This document shows positions 31,159 to 41,667 of a stretch of 61,973 nucleotides of DNA, one piece after another. The stretch covers positions 1 to 61,973 of the forward strand of contig JAGLEB010000091.1 of assembly GCA_023145275.1 (NCBI GenBank), read 5' to 3'. This DNA comes from Flavobacteriales bacterium (lineage in GTDB: Bacteria; Bacteroidota; Bacteroidia; Flavobacteriales; JADGDT01). The position numbers were made by a program, and so were the translations under genes. Every line of letters begins with the position of its first letter. The first letter of the stretch is position 1. The notes beneath the pieces were generated by a model. The model was not told the origin of the DNA and did not search any database. It worked only from the letters and a program-made list of their open reading frames with translations.

Positions 31159-32949
31159 ATGGCGCATCCAACTTCAATATTAGGTAAATTTTTGATATGG
31201 CGAGTAAAGCACATCTCAAACAAGAAATTCATCCACATATTGAGTATTATTATAGGGATTACCTCGGGCTTAGGTGCTGTAGTTTTGAAAAATGCAACAC
31301 ACTTAATTCAGGATTTGCTACACCATGAATCAATTGGTGAGTATCACAATTATTTTTACTTTATTTTCCCAACAATAGGGATACTCCTAACTCTGATAAT
31401 AATTAAATATGTAATAAAAGAGAATGTCGGACACGGTATACCCTCTACCCTATATGCTATTTCGAAGCGTAAAGGAGTTATGAGAAGATATCAGATGTGG
31501 GGATCTATCATCACGGCTCCTCTAACTGTTGGTTTCGGAGGATCTGTTGGACTTGAGGGACCTACGGTAGCTACAGGTTCGGCAATTGGGTCGAACATAG
31601 CTCGAATGTTCCACATGAATGCCAAGACTCGAATAATGCTACTTGGAGCTGCAGCAGCGGGCGCAATGTCGGCCATTTTCAAAGCACCAATTGCTGCAAT
31701 TATATTTGCAGTGGAAGTATTTAGCCTCGATTTAACCTTAATATCTCTTATTCCATTATTATTAGCATCGGTTTCGGCAATTGTAACTTCATACTTATTC
31801 TTAGGTAATGATTTTATTTTACACTTCAAATTAGTTGATATCTTTGCTATATCGGATTTACCCCCATTTATAATTTTGGGTGTAGCTGCGGCCTTTACTT
31901 CTATATATTTCTCAACTGTTTATTTCAAAATTGGCGACTACTTCGAAACAATACAAAGTCCAGCTAAAAAACTACTAATTGGAGGTTTAGCTATTGGTGT
32001 TATTATTTTCTTTATACCTCCACTATACGGAGAGGGTTTTAAGGTGATAAACGAACTTCTTGAAGGTGTTATTCCATCGTCTTTAGAGAAATTCACATAT
32101 TATGAACACCTCTCATCAAGCCCTTGGGCTATTATTGCATTACTTGCCGGACTAGTAGTATTTAAAATTATTGCTACAGCAACAACTTTTGGTGCAGGAG
32201 GAATTGGAGGTATTTTTGCGCCCACACTGTTTATGGGGAGTATAATGGGAAATGTAATAGCTAGAACAATCAACTTACTTCCTCTTGGCTTTGAGGTTTC
32301 TGTTACAAATTTTACTCTGGTAGGAATGACAGGACTTATGGCAGGTGTGCTACACGCCCCTTTAACTGCTATATTTCTAATTGCTGAGTTAACAGGCGGA
32401 TACGAGCTATTCATCCCTCTAATGCTTACCGCATTGATCTCTTATACAATTGCAAAGACTTTTATTCCACACTCCGTATACCACAGAGAACTAGCCAAAA
32501 AAGGGCAACTAATTACTCACGACAAAGATAAGGCCGTACTAACTCTGATGGACTTAGATAGGGTTCTTGAAACAAATTTCACACCTATAAACTCTGAGAT
32601 GTCCTTAGGTGATTTAGTACACAAGGTTGTATCGCAATCAAAACGAAATATTTTTCCGGTAATAAATGAGAATGATGAGCTCTTAGGTATTCTTTCTCTT
32701 GACGATATCAGACAGATAATGTTTGATTACAAGATTTATGAGACCACTTTTGTGCGAACATTTATGCATAACCCCCCTGAAGTAATTATGGGCGATAAAG
32801 ATTCAATGTCCATCATTATGAGGAAATTTCAAGATAGTGGTGCTTGGAATCTCCCAGTAGTTCGCAACGGAAAATATGCCGGATTCGTGTCCAAGTCGAA
32901 GCTATTGACTGTATATAGAAGAAAACTTATCGAAGTTTCTGGACAATAA
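31159..32949 (+). CDS. ClC family voltage-gated chloride channel/antiporter with C-terminal CBS pair (paralog 2)
   Basis: Collinear with the upstream paralog over its full length, with many identical blocks such as LTVGFGGSVGLEGPTVATG and HSVYH.ELAKKGQLITHDKD. Confidence 0.9.
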   Translation: MAHPTSILGKFLIWRVKHISNKKFIHILSIIIGITSGLGAVVLKNATHLIQDLLHHESIGEYHNYFYFIFPTIGILLTLIIIKYVIKENVGHGIPSTLYAISKRKGVMRRYQMWGSIITAPLTVGFGGSVGLEGPTVATGSAIGSNIARMFHMNAKTRIMLLGAAAAGAMSAIFKAPIAAIIFAVEVFSLDLTLISLIPLLLASVSAIVTSYLFLGNDFILHFKLVDIFAISDLPPFIILGVAAAFTSIYFSTVYFKIGDYFETIQSPAKKLLIGGLAIGVIIFFIPPLYGEGFKVINELLEGVIPSSLEKFTYYEHLSSSPWAIIALLAGLVVFKIIATATTFGAGGIGGIFAPTLFMGSIMGNVIARTINLLPLGFEVSVTNFTLVGMTGLMAGVLHAPLTAIFLIAELTGGYELFIPLMLTALISYTIAKTFIPHSVYHRELAKKGQLITHDKDKAVLTLMDLDRVLETNFTPINSEMSLGDLVHKVVSQSKRNIFPVINENDELLGILSLDDIRQIMFDYKIYETTFVRTFMHNPPEVIMGDKDSMSIIMRKFQDSGAWNLPVVRNGKYAGFVSKSKLLTVYRRKLIEVSGQ

Positions 32950-32956
32950 GAAAAAT

Positions 32957-32983
32957 GATCCGATAAATTATCTTCATCGGATC
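32957..32983. terminator. Hairpin between the convergent ClC paralog 2 and rpiB genes
   Basis: Stem GATCCGAT / ATCGGATC (32957-64 / 32976-83). Flanks are only moderately T-rich. Confidence 0.45.
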
Positions 32984-32992
32984 TTAAGTATA

Positions 32993-33424
32993 TTATTTTA
33001 CTGGTATTTTATCTACTCTTGTCTGATGACGTCCACCTTCGAAGTCGGTACTGAAAAAAGCATCTACCATTTCTATGGCTAACTCTAAAGAAACAAATCG
33101 TGCTGGCATATCAAGTATATTAGCATCATTATGCAAACGTGCAAGCTCCGCTAATTCAACATTCCAACATAATGAAGCTCTTATTCCTTGGTGTTTATTA
33201 GCTGTTATTCCGGCACCATTACCGCTACCACACATAATAACTCCAAAATCAGATTCTTTTGATTCAACTGAATCAGCTACGGGGTGAATGAAATCAGGAT
33301 AATCAACGCTATCCTCAGTAAAAGGACCAAAATCCTTCACTTCAAAACCTTTAGCTTCGAGATGCTTAACGATCTCTTTTTTATACGCCACTGCTGCATG
33401 ATCACATCCAATTGCTACTTTCAT
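32993..33424 (-). CDS. rpiB: Ribose-5-phosphate isomerase B
   Basis: MKVAIGCDHAAV and GVIMCGSGNGAGITANK are canonical RpiB/LacAB motifs. Confidence 0.9.
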   Translation of the reverse strand: MKVAIGCDHAAVAYKKEIVKHLEAKGFEVKDFGPFTEDSVDYPDFIHPVADSVESKESDFGVIMCGSGNGAGITANKHQGIRASLCWNVELAELARLHNDANILDMPARFVSLELAIEMVDAFFSTDFEGGRHQTRVDKIPVK

Positions 33425-33520
33425 CTCTGTTATAATTTATTAGTTATAATTTCTTAGGTAAACACCTACTATCTAATTTAAAACAATTACTGCATCAATA
33501 TTCATACTCAACACATAGTA

Positions 33521-34174
33521 CTAACAAGTCAATAATTCGCTAATTGTCTGCTTAGGATTCTCTGAATTAAACACAAAACTTCCGGCAACGAATGCCTCGG
33601 CACCTGCTGCTTCAAGTTTGGGAAGAATTGTTGTGTTAACTCCACCATCAATCTCAATTATAGCATTTGAACCTTTAACTTTCTTCAACGCAGATAATTC
33701 TTTAACCTTCGAATATGTATTTTCAATAAATTTCTGACCGCCAAACCCAGGATTAACAGACATAATAAGAACTACATCCAAATCGGCCAATACTTCGCTT
33801 AAAACAGATACTGGAGTATGAGGGTTCAATGATACTCCTGCCTTCATTCCATTATCTTTAATCAGCTGTATTGTACGGTGTAAATGCGTACAAGCTTCAT
33901 AATGCACTACAAGAATATCAGCTCCAGCTTTAGCAAAATCTTCAACAAATCTATCTGGGTTAACTATCATTAAATGCACATCAAAAACTTTCTTAGAATG
34001 TTTTCTCATCTGCTTAATTACAGGCATCCCAAAGGTTATATTGGGAACAAATACACCATCCATTATATCGAGGTGCAACCATTGAGCTTCGCTTTGATCT
34101 AACATTTCAATCTCACTTTGGAGATTAGTGAAATCTGATGCTAATAGTGATGGTGATATTATTCTTTTACCCAT
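33521..34174 (-). CDS. rpe: Ribulose-phosphate 3-epimerase
   Basis: ISPSLLASDF, HLDIMDGVFVPN, MSVNPGFGGQKF. The start at 34174 (MGKRII) is preferred because the longer ORF runs into the rpoD terminator. Confidence 0.9.
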   Translation of the reverse strand: MGKRIISPSLLASDFTNLQSEIEMLDQSEAQWLHLDIMDGVFVPNITFGMPVIKQMRKHSKKVFDVHLMIVNPDRFVEDFAKAGADILVVHYEACTHLHRTIQLIKDNGMKAGVSLNPHTPVSVLSEVLADLDVVLIMSVNPGFGGQKFIENTYSKVKELSALKKVKGSNAIIEIDGGVNTTILPKLEAAGAEAFVAGSFVFNSENPKQTISELLTC

Positions 34175-34206
34175 TTTAGAAAGTGTTTTATAATTAAATT
34201 TAAGCA

Positions 34207-34233
34207 TAAAAAAGAGGGCATAAAAGCCCTCTC
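34207..34233 (-). terminator. Rho-independent terminator after rpoD
   Basis: Stem AGAGGGC / GCCCTCT, followed on the minus strand by TTTTTT. Confidence 0.65.
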
Positions 34234-34239
34234 TAAATA

Positions 34240-35103
34240 TTACCCAAGGTAAGTTTTCAATATTTTACTTCTTGAAGTGTGCTTTAAACGACGTATTGCC
34301 TTTTCTTTAATCTGTCGCACGCGCTCACGTGTTAGATCGAAAGTTTCTCCAATTTCCTCAAGGGTCATTGGGTGCTCATCACCAAGTCCAAAATACAATT
34401 TCACAACATCAGCTTCTCTAGGAGTTAGTGTTGCTAAAGCTCTACTTATTTCAGTTCTAAGAGAATCTGTCAACAAATCTCTATCAGGAATTGGAGACTC
34501 TCCAGAACGTATTACATCATAAAGATTTGAATCTTCACCTTCAACAAGGGGAGCATCCATAGATACGTGACGTCCAGAATTCTTCATCGATTCCTTAACA
34601 TCATCCTCACTCATCTCAAGGTTTGCAGCAATCTCTTCAGCAGAAGGAGCTCTTTCGTGCTCTTGCTCTAAAGAAGCAAACATCTTGTTGATCTTATTTA
34701 TTGATCCAATCTTGTTCAAAGGCAAACGAACAATACGTGATTGTTCAGCTAAAGCCTGAAGAATAGACTGACGAATCCACCAAACTGCATAAGAAATAAA
34801 CTTAAATCCACGAGTTTCGTCGAAACGTTGTGCAGCCTTAATCAAACCAAGATTCCCTTCATTAATTAAATCTGGAAGTGTTAAACCTTGATTTTGATAT
34901 TGCTTAGCTACAGAAACCACAAATCTTAAATTAGCCTTAGTTAACTTCTCTAATGCTCTTTGATCCCCAGCACGGATTTTCTGCGCCAACTCTACCTCAT
35001 CCTCAGCAGTAATCAAATCTACTTTACCGATTTCCTGAAGGTACTTATCTAATGACGCGGTTTCCCTATTGGTAACCTGTTTCGTGATTTTCAGCTGTCT
35101 CAT
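34240..35103 (-). CDS. rpoD: RNA polymerase primary sigma factor (Bacteroidota-type, short)
   Basis: 287 aa. Regions 2-4 are conserved ([48 protein letters not shown]). Confidence 0.95.
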   Translation of the reverse strand: MRQLKITKQVTNRETASLDKYLQEIGKVDLITAEDEVELAQKIRAGDQRALEKLTKANLRFVVSVAKQYQNQGLTLPDLINEGNLGLIKAAQRFDETRGFKFISYAVWWIRQSILQALAEQSRIVRLPLNKIGSINKINKMFASLEQEHERAPSAEEIAANLEMSEDDVKESMKNSGRHVSMDAPLVEGEDSNLYDVIRSGESPIPDRDLLTDSLRTEISRALATLTPREADVVKLYFGLGDEHPMTLEEIGETFDLTRERVRQIKEKAIRRLKHTSRSKILKTYLG

Positions 35104-35272
35104 ATCGTCTTTTTAAATTACAGGCTAGAAAAAAACATTCTAACCTTCTAATATTTAGTGCCATAACCTATATTTAACAATAGGTCACTCTTCTTATACG
35201 TATTTTCACACTGTTATGTTACAAATAATATAATATATTTTAAATATTATATTATTGCCAAAACATATTCTA

Positions 35273-35333
35273 CAAAAAAAAGCCTAGCTCAAAAATCAAT
35301 TCTAAATAAATTAGAACTAACATTTGAGATAGA
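35273..35333 (-). terminator. Terminator-like nested hairpin after atpG
   Basis: Stem CTAGCTCAAA / TTTGAGATAG (one mismatch), followed on the minus strand by a run of 8 T. Confidence 0.5.
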
Positions 35334-35359
35334 CTATTTAAAATACTTTCTAAATCTCA

Positions 35360-36220
35360 CTATCCATTTAAAGCTTCTGCTCCACCCACAATTTCAAGAA
35401 TCTCGTTGGTAATAGACGCTTGTCTAGCCTTGTTATAAACGAGCTTCAAATCATTAATTAAATCTGTGGCATTATCAGTAGCTTTGTGCATACTAGTCAT
35501 TCTAGCACCATGCTCAGCTGCGTTTGAATCTAAAACAGCTCCGTGCAATTGAACTTTCAACGATGCAGGCAAGAGGTCTGTAATAATTTTTGCTTTACCC
35601 GGCTCGAATAAATAGTCTGTTGTTACATCAGACTCCGACTCTGGAGTAAGTATAGGTAAAAACTGCTCATGCGTTAAAATTTGAGTCGCAGCATTTTTAA
35701 ATTTATTATAAACAATATCAATTCTATCGTATGTTTCCTTCTCAAAACTAGCCATGGCCCATTCTGCGATTTTTGCAGTACTCTCGAACGAAATATCATC
35801 AAATAATTCACTGTGATCCGCAACAACATTATACGATTTAACAGCGATCTCATTTATTTTCTTACCAATTGTTAAAACATCAATAGAAGCATCTTGGTAA
35901 TCCTCATTAATTACCTCTATAATTTTCTTTCCAACATTTACATTAAAAGCCCCGCATAGTCCTCTATTTGAAGAAACGGCTATTATCAATACTTTCTTAA
36001 CTTGGCGTTCAGCAGTATATACAGATTGAGCATCACCTTCGAGAGACGATGACACATTTTGTATAATCTCCTGCAACTTATCAGCATAAGGACGTAAACT
36101 GAATGCTACTTCCTGAGCTCTCTTCAGTTTAGCGGCAGAAACCATCTTCATGGCACTCGTAATCTGTCTCGTTGATGATACAGACGTGATACGGTTTCTA
36201 ATTTCTTTTAAATTTGCCAT
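35360..36220 (-). CDS. atpG: F0F1 ATP synthase subunit gamma
   Basis: MANLKEIRNRITSVSSTRQITSAMKMVSAAKL N-terminus and ITNEILEIVGGAEAL C-terminus. Confidence 0.95.
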   Translation of the reverse strand: MANLKEIRNRITSVSSTRQITSAMKMVSAAKLKRAQEVAFSLRPYADKLQEIIQNVSSSLEGDAQSVYTAERQVKKVLIIAVSSNRGLCGAFNVNVGKKIIEVINEDYQDASIDVLTIGKKINEIAVKSYNVVADHSELFDDISFESTAKIAEWAMASFEKETYDRIDIVYNKFKNAATQILTHEQFLPILTPESESDVTTDYLFEPGKAKIITDLLPASLKVQLHGAVLDSNAAEHGARMTSMHKATDNATDLINDLKLVYNKARQASITNEILEIVGGAEALNG

Positions 36221-36287
36221 TTTATTATGATTTAGTTAAGAGGAATATTGTAGTAATACTCCTCTCTACTCTAAATTATGCTCTAAA

Positions 36288-37868
36288 TTATACTTTATAT
36301 TTTGCAGATAATTCTTTTACTGCATTCTTAAGAACCTCTTCTACTTCTTTTGTTAATTTTCCTTGCTGCAATAATGATAACTCATCACTGTGTTTATTAT
36401 TCAAGTACCCAAGATATTCTACTTCAAATTCCTTCATTTTTTCAACAGGAACATCCATCAACAAGCCTCTTGACCCAGCATAGATTATAGCAACTTGATC
36501 CTCTACCTTAACCGGTGAAGCCTGAGCTTGCTTAAGAATTTCAACATTCCTTCTACCTTTCTCAATCACGTTTAGTGTAGCTGCATCAAGATCGGAACCA
36601 AACTTTGCAAATGCTTCTAACTCGCGATATTGAGCTTGATCAGTACGCAGAGTACCTGCAACTTTTTTCATAGCTTTTATCTGTGCATTTCCACCCACAC
36701 GCGATACAGATATACCAACGTTAATAGCAGGACGAATACCAGACAAGAATAAATCAGACTCTAAAAAAATCTGTCCGTCTGTAATAGAAATAACATTTGT
36801 TGGAATATATGCAGAAACATCTCCAGCCTGAGTCTCGATAATTGGAAGGGCAGTTAATGAACCACCACCTTTTACCTTACCTTTTAAAGAATCAGGTAAA
36901 TCGTTCATTTGTGCTGCAATATCATCATTGTCGTTAATCTTTGCGGCACGCTCTAACAATCTAGAGTGAAGATAGAAAACATCTCCAGGATAAGCCTCAC
37001 GACCTGGCGGACGACGAAGTAATAATGATACTTCACGATATGCTACTGCTTGTTTTGATAAATCATCAAAAACAATCAATGCAGGACGACCAGTATCACG
37101 GAAATACTCTCCAATTGCCGCTCCAGCAAATGGCGCATAGTACTGCATAGCAGCAGGATCTGACGCATTTGATGCAACAATTACAGTATAAGCTAGTGCT
37201 CCTTTTTCTTCTAATTCGCGAACAATATTTGCAACAGTCGAACCCTTTTGTCCAATAGCTACATATATACAATACACAGGTTCACCCTTGTCATAGAACT
37301 CTTTTTGGTTCATGATAGTATCAAGGGCAACAGTTGACTTACCAGTTTGACGATCGCCAATGATAAGCTCACGCTGTCCACGTCCAATAGGAATCATAGC
37401 ATCAATAGCTTTAACACCTGTTTGTAGTGGTTCATTTACTGGTTGTCTATAGATAACTCCAGGAGCTCGACGCTCAAGAGGCATCTCAAACAACTCACCA
37501 CCGATAGGTCCTTTACCATCAATAGGATCACCTAGAGTATTAACAACACGTCCAAGCATTTCCTCACCAACCATAAGAGATGATATACGTTTTGTTCTCT
37601 TAACGATGTCTCCTTCTTTTAGTTCAGAAGAAGAACCGAACAATACGATACCAACATTATCCTCTTCGAGGTTTAGCACCATTCCTTCCATGCCGCTTTC
37701 GAACTCAACAAGTTCTCCATATTCAGCATTCAAAAGACCGTAAGCGCGGGCAATCCCATCACCTACCTCTAAGATAGTACCTGTTTCATTTAATTCGCCT
37801 TCAACTTTATGCTTTGAAAGCATTTCTTTTAATATCGCTGATACCTCAGCAGGTTTAACTTCTGCCAT
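36288..37868 (-). CDS. atpA: F0F1 ATP synthase subunit alpha
   Basis: GDRQTGKS Walker A motif and the remaining alpha-subunit signature blocks. Confidence 0.97.
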   Translation of the reverse strand: MAEVKPAEVSAILKEMLSKHKVEGELNETGTILEVGDGIARAYGLLNAEYGELVEFESGMEGMVLNLEEDNVGIVLFGSSSELKEGDIVKRTKRISSLMVGEEMLGRVVNTLGDPIDGKGPIGGELFEMPLERRAPGVIYRQPVNEPLQTGVKAIDAMIPIGRGQRELIIGDRQTGKSTVALDTIMNQKEFYDKGEPVYCIYVAIGQKGSTVANIVRELEEKGALAYTVIVASNASDPAAMQYYAPFAGAAIGEYFRDTGRPALIVFDDLSKQAVAYREVSLLLRRPPGREAYPGDVFYLHSRLLERAAKINDNDDIAAQMNDLPDSLKGKVKGGGSLTALPIIETQAGDVSAYIPTNVISITDGQIFLESDLFLSGIRPAINVGISVSRVGGNAQIKAMKKVAGTLRTDQAQYRELEAFAKFGSDLDAATLNVIEKGRRNVEILKQAQASPVKVEDQVAIIYAGSRGLLMDVPVEKMKEFEVEYLGYLNNKHSDELSLLQQGKLTKEVEEVLKNAVKELSAKYKV

Positions 37869-37898
37869 AACCGTTTTTATTGAGCCCTATTAGCTTCG

Positions 37899-38456
37899 TT
37901 ATAGTTTTGGGATATACAAATTCTCTTTAAACGCTCTGCGCATTTTTTGCACATCGTTTTTTATACTCGCATCGTATAGGTAATCTCCAACTTTAAGAAT
38001 ATACCCTCCGATAATTTTTTCATCAATCTCCGTTTCAATATCAATCACTTTACCCGTTAAATTGGCAACTTGCTTTCGAATACGAGATAGTAATTTATCA
38101 TCTAACTCTACAGCCGAAATTACTTTTGCAATTTCAACACCTCTAAGTTCATCGTAAAGATGAATAAAGCGTTTAACAATTTTCTCATAAACATTCTCAC
38201 GCCTATTATCTGCAATAAGCATAAGAAAATTCATTGAAAGCACTTCGATCTTAGACCCAAATAACTTCTTACCGAGCTCTTTCTTATCCTCAGCCGTAAT
38301 AACAGGACTAGAGATATACTCAGCAAACTCCGAATTATTAGAAAGCGTTTCACTAACGAGTAACATATCGTTGTGAACTTCTTCTAGAAGAGATTTCTCC
38401 TGCGCAACCTCCAAAAGAGATTTTGCGTATCTATATGCTACTTTACTTCCATTCAT
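37899..38456 (-). CDS. atpH: F0F1 ATP synthase subunit delta
   Basis: VAYRYAKSLLEVA N-terminus (OSCP family), with matching operon position and size. Confidence 0.9.
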   Translation of the reverse strand: MNGSKVAYRYAKSLLEVAQEKSLLEEVHNDMLLVSETLSNNSEFAEYISSPVITAEDKKELGKKLFGSKIEVLSMNFLMLIADNRRENVYEKIVKRFIHLYDELRGVEIAKVISAVELDDKLLSRIRKQVANLTGKVIDIETEIDEKIIGGYILKVGDYLYDASIKNDVQKMRRAFKENLYIPKL

Positions 38457-38467
38457 ACCAAGAAATA

Positions 38468-38974
38468 TTAATTATTCCCCATATTATCTTCAGCTTCCTG
38501 AACAAGCTTTTCGACTAACTCCATCTGTGCATCTTTGTTCTCTAGCTCATTGCGAAGAATCTTCTCTGCAATTCCGATAGATAAATCTGCAATCTGATTT
38601 TTCAACTCCGTCATAGCCGACATTGTCTCATGCTCGATAGATTTCTTAGCAATTACAATTAGCTTATCAGCCTCTATCGCTGCTTCAGATTTAGCTTCGT
38701 TAATCATCTTATCTTTCATATCACGAGCTTCTTTCATGATAATATCTCTCTCTGCTCTAGCCTCTTTAAGAATTTTCTCATTGTCTGCTTGCAACTGAGC
38801 CATTTCTACTTTTGCTTTCTCTGCAGAATCAAGAGCATCATTAATAGATTTCTCTCTATCCTTAACTGCAGCAAGAATAGGTTTCCAGGCATACTTCTTT
38901 AGAAGAAGCATTAAAAGAATAAAAGGTATAACGGTCCAAACAACCAAGCCTAACGCTGGTGTAATTAAATCCAT
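38468..38974 (-). CDS. atpF: F0F1 ATP synthase subunit b
   Basis: Single N-terminal TM segment followed by a long charged helix. Operon position fits. Confidence 0.9.
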   Translation of the reverse strand: MDLITPALGLVVWTVIPFILLMLLLKKYAWKPILAAVKDREKSINDALDSAEKAKVEMAQLQADNEKILKEARAERDIIMKEARDMKDKMINEAKSEAAIEADKLIVIAKKSIEHETMSAMTELKNQIADLSIGIAEKILRNELENKDAQMELVEKLVQEAEDNMGNN

Positions 38975-39019
38975 AATGTTCTTATTATATGTGGTTTCAA
39001 TTTCCTATTTATAAAAATT

Positions 39020-39083
39020 CAAACAACCTGCAGGCAATCCCTTAACAGGTTGTTTTACTTTTAAGTATCAAAGACGTTTGATA
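39020..39083 (-). promoter_or_regulatory. Two intra-operon hairpins between atpE and atpF
   Basis: GTATCAAA/TTTGATAC (39064-71/39076-83) and AAACAACCTG/CAGGTTGTTT (39020-29/39045-54) lie just 3' of atpE on the minus strand. The location fits a stabiliser or partial terminator that boosts c-subunit expression. Confidence 0.45.
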
Positions 39084-39094
39084 CAAACTCAACA

Positions 39095-39295
<201 letters not shown>

Positions 39296-39328
39296 CTATA
39301 TATATTTGAGTTAAACAAAAAATTCTAA

Positions 39329-40846
39329 TTAATGAGCTTCCTCAGTAGCCATACCGAAGAACAATGCAGAGAGCAAAGTAAACACGTAAGCTTGTAAGAA
39401 CGCAACTAATATTTCTAATACATCCATAAACAATACAAATGCGACAGAAACTGGAGCGATTGCAATGGTTTTAAATATAAATATAAGAGATACTAAACTC
39501 AACACGATAATGTGTCCAGCAGAGATATTCGCAAACAAACGAATCATCAATGCAAAAGGCTTAGACAATACTCCCATAATTTCAACAGGAATCATTATTG
39601 GCAACAACCACCATGGAACTCCAGGGGTTGCGAAAATATGAATCCAGTAATTTTTATTACCATTAACAAGTGTAATTACCAACACCATAGCCGCTAATAC
39701 AAAGGTAACAGTAATATTACCTGTCATATTTGCTCCGAATGGAAAAAATGGGATCAAGCCCATAAGGTTATTTAAAAGAATAAAGAAGAAAACCGTTAGT
39801 AAGAAAGGCATAAACTTTTCGTATTTCTTCTCACCAATATTAGGTATCGCAATATCATCTCTTACGAAGAGTACAAGTGGCTCCATAAAAGCTCCAAGCC
39901 CAGTTGGTGCTTTCTTATTTCCTGAATACGATCTAGCAAGACTTACAAATACAAATAGTATAATACCAAACGACAATAAAATTGCAAATGCATTTTTAGT
40001 TATCGAAAAATCCAGTGGAGTGGCATTCATTATTACTTCTGTGCCATTGATTTCCTCAAAGGTAAGTTTCCCCTCTTCGTTTGCTATATATATATTGTCA
40101 TGAGCCTTTAGAAAAGCAACTCCATCTTTCTGAACTAAAATCCTTCCGTGATCGTCGTGATGAAACTCACTCGACATAAATGTAAATACACCTTTATCTT
40201 TTACGTATAGAATAACTGGCAAAGGAATTGACACTGGATGCACCAAACCAATTTCATCCGTATAATCCCATAAATGGTACTCGTGAGAATCAGCTATATG
40301 GTGTAGAATAACTTCTGTTGGATTAAACTTTTCTTCTTCATCTCCGTCGACGAGCAGCATATCTTCTGGCACCTCAACACCTTCATGAATAAGCATTGCA
40401 ACTAAATCTCTTTGAAACTTCTCGATATCTTCGTAAGAGTGAAGTTCTATTTTCTCGAATAAAAGAGAATCTGCAGGATCAAGCCAACCGTGCTCAATCT
40501 CATAACTAATCATCTTGTCTTTAATATCGTTAGCTCTAGCATCCAAATCCTTTGAATATACAGCTTCCTGAATTTCCTTGTGAAGCTCCTCAAATTCACT
40601 TTTTAACTCGTGCGCTTCTTTATAGTCTCCGAAATTTTCTCGGATTTTGGCTATTCTATCTTTTATTTTTTGATCGGCTTTACTAAAATCTAATCTTAGT
40701 GAATCAACTTTATCGCGAAGAATCTTAACTTCGCCTCTTTGGTATATAGTATCTTGTTTTACCTCTTGAGCATATGAACTAGAATTAATCATAGTCAATA
40801 AAACTAATACAAAAAAGGTTTTTTTAAACATGGCTTTAGTAATCAT
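39329..40846 (-). CDS. atpB: F0F1 ATP synthase subunit a with a long N-terminal extension
   Basis: C-terminal 230 aa carry the subunit-a core (LMIRLFANISAGHI with the essential Arg). The N-terminus has a signal peptide plus a charged segment of about 145 aa. Confidence 0.9.
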   Translation of the reverse strand: MITKAMFKKTFFVLVLLTMINSSSYAQEVKQDTIYQRGEVKILRDKVDSLRLDFSKADQKIKDRIAKIRENFGDYKEAHELKSEFEELHKEIQEAVYSKDLDARANDIKDKMISYEIEHGWLDPADSLLFEKIELHSYEDIEKFQRDLVAMLIHEGVEVPEDMLLVDGDEEEKFNPTEVILHHIADSHEYHLWDYTDEIGLVHPVSIPLPVILYVKDKGVFTFMSSEFHHDDHGRILVQKDGVAFLKAHDNIYIANEEGKLTFEEINGTEVIMNATPLDFSITKNAFAILLSFGIILFVFVSLARSYSGNKKAPTGLGAFMEPLVLFVRDDIAIPNIGEKKYEKFMPFLLTVFFFILLNNLMGLIPFFPFGANMTGNITVTFVLAAMVLVITLVNGNKNYWIHIFATPGVPWWLLPIMIPVEIMGVLSKPFALMIRLFANISAGHIIVLSLVSLIFIFKTIAIAPVSVAFVLFMDVLEILVAFLQAYVFTLLSALFFGMATEEAH

Positions 40847-40889
40847 CGTTCTGAATTCTCTCTAAGAATTAGGCTATTTTCGTTGATTA

Positions 40890-40897
40890 CAAATTTA
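40890..40897 (-). promoter_or_regulatory. -7 box TAAATTTG (minus strand) upstream of atpB
   Basis: Plus-strand CAAATTTA is the reverse complement of an exact TAnnTTTG match, 44 nt upstream of the atpB start. Confidence 0.4.
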
Positions 40898-40977
40898 GCC
40901 AAATAATTAAATAAAAAAAGTTTTTTTCACCTCTTTACTAGCTAATAACAAAGCTGCTATATAAGCTGTAAAATCTA

Positions 40978-41370
40978 TCACAATTCTTTACCACTCAACA
41001 CCTTAATACTCACCAATACTTCAGGAATTAAAGACACTAAATAGATTATTGCAATATTAATACCATCACCAAAAATATTTGGCACATTAGAAACACGTAA
41101 TTTGACAATTAAAAATATGACAAGAAACATCTTTATCATACCTAATACCATAAATGCGAAACCCGTTTTATCTTTCCAAATTTTATTGACAAAATTAATC
41201 CCAATAAGATTTACGGTAGTAATTAAGAATATTACAGTATAAAGAATAGTAATAGTATAGTTAAATTCAACTCCACTAAAATATCTAGTAATAATAAAAC
41301 TATGTATTAGTAATGACAATGCTGCGACTGGGAGTAAGTAAATAAGTAAATTCTTATAGAATATTGACAT
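40978..41370 (-). CDS. Hypothetical 4-TM membrane protein upstream of atpB
   Basis: 130 aa with four hydrophobic segments, on the same strand and directly upstream of the atp operon. No family recognised with confidence. Confidence 0.5.
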   Translation of the reverse strand: MSIFYKNLLIYLLPVAALSLLIHSFIITRYFSGVEFNYTITILYTVIFLITTVNLIGINFVNKIWKDKTGFAFMVLGMIKMFLVIFLIVKLRVSNVPNIFGDGINIAIIYLVSLIPEVLVSIKVLSGKEL

Positions 41371-41667
41371 CTTGTTGTACTGTTTAATGTGAAAATAAAT
41401 AATAGCAATAATTAATAGCGATAATTATACCAATTAGATATTGAAATGACCTTTTTAGATTGAAGTATTTTTTAATTCTACAATTAAGCAATTCATGAGT
41501 TTCTATCAAAAAAATATTTCGCGAATAATTTATAAAAATCGAGTATAGCCATAGCTACACAAATATTTCTATATATAACAATAGCTAGCGACACCCATTG
41601 ATAAAAGTTCATAAGCTTTTTGTACGATACTCCAAAATACAAACAGCTTTCTAAGAGATACTAGCTA

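Noticed and set aside
31491-32414. Antisense ORFs of 112 and 104 aa inside ClC paralog 2, and the similar one at 29517-29723 in paralog 1
   Set aside because: They lie opposite strongly conserved ClC coding sequence and have Pro/Ala/Ile-rich shadow composition. These are typical antisense open frames.
41493-41612. 39-codon minus-strand ORF (MNFYQWVSLAIVIYRNICVAMAILDFYKLFAKYFFDRNS) in the spacer between the AtpZ terminator and the 130-aa membrane protein
   Set aside because: It is hydrophobic and plausibly a small membrane peptide. However, it is too short to judge, has no clear promoter box and no recognisable family. It is worth a look in ribosome-profiling data but is not supportable as a feature.
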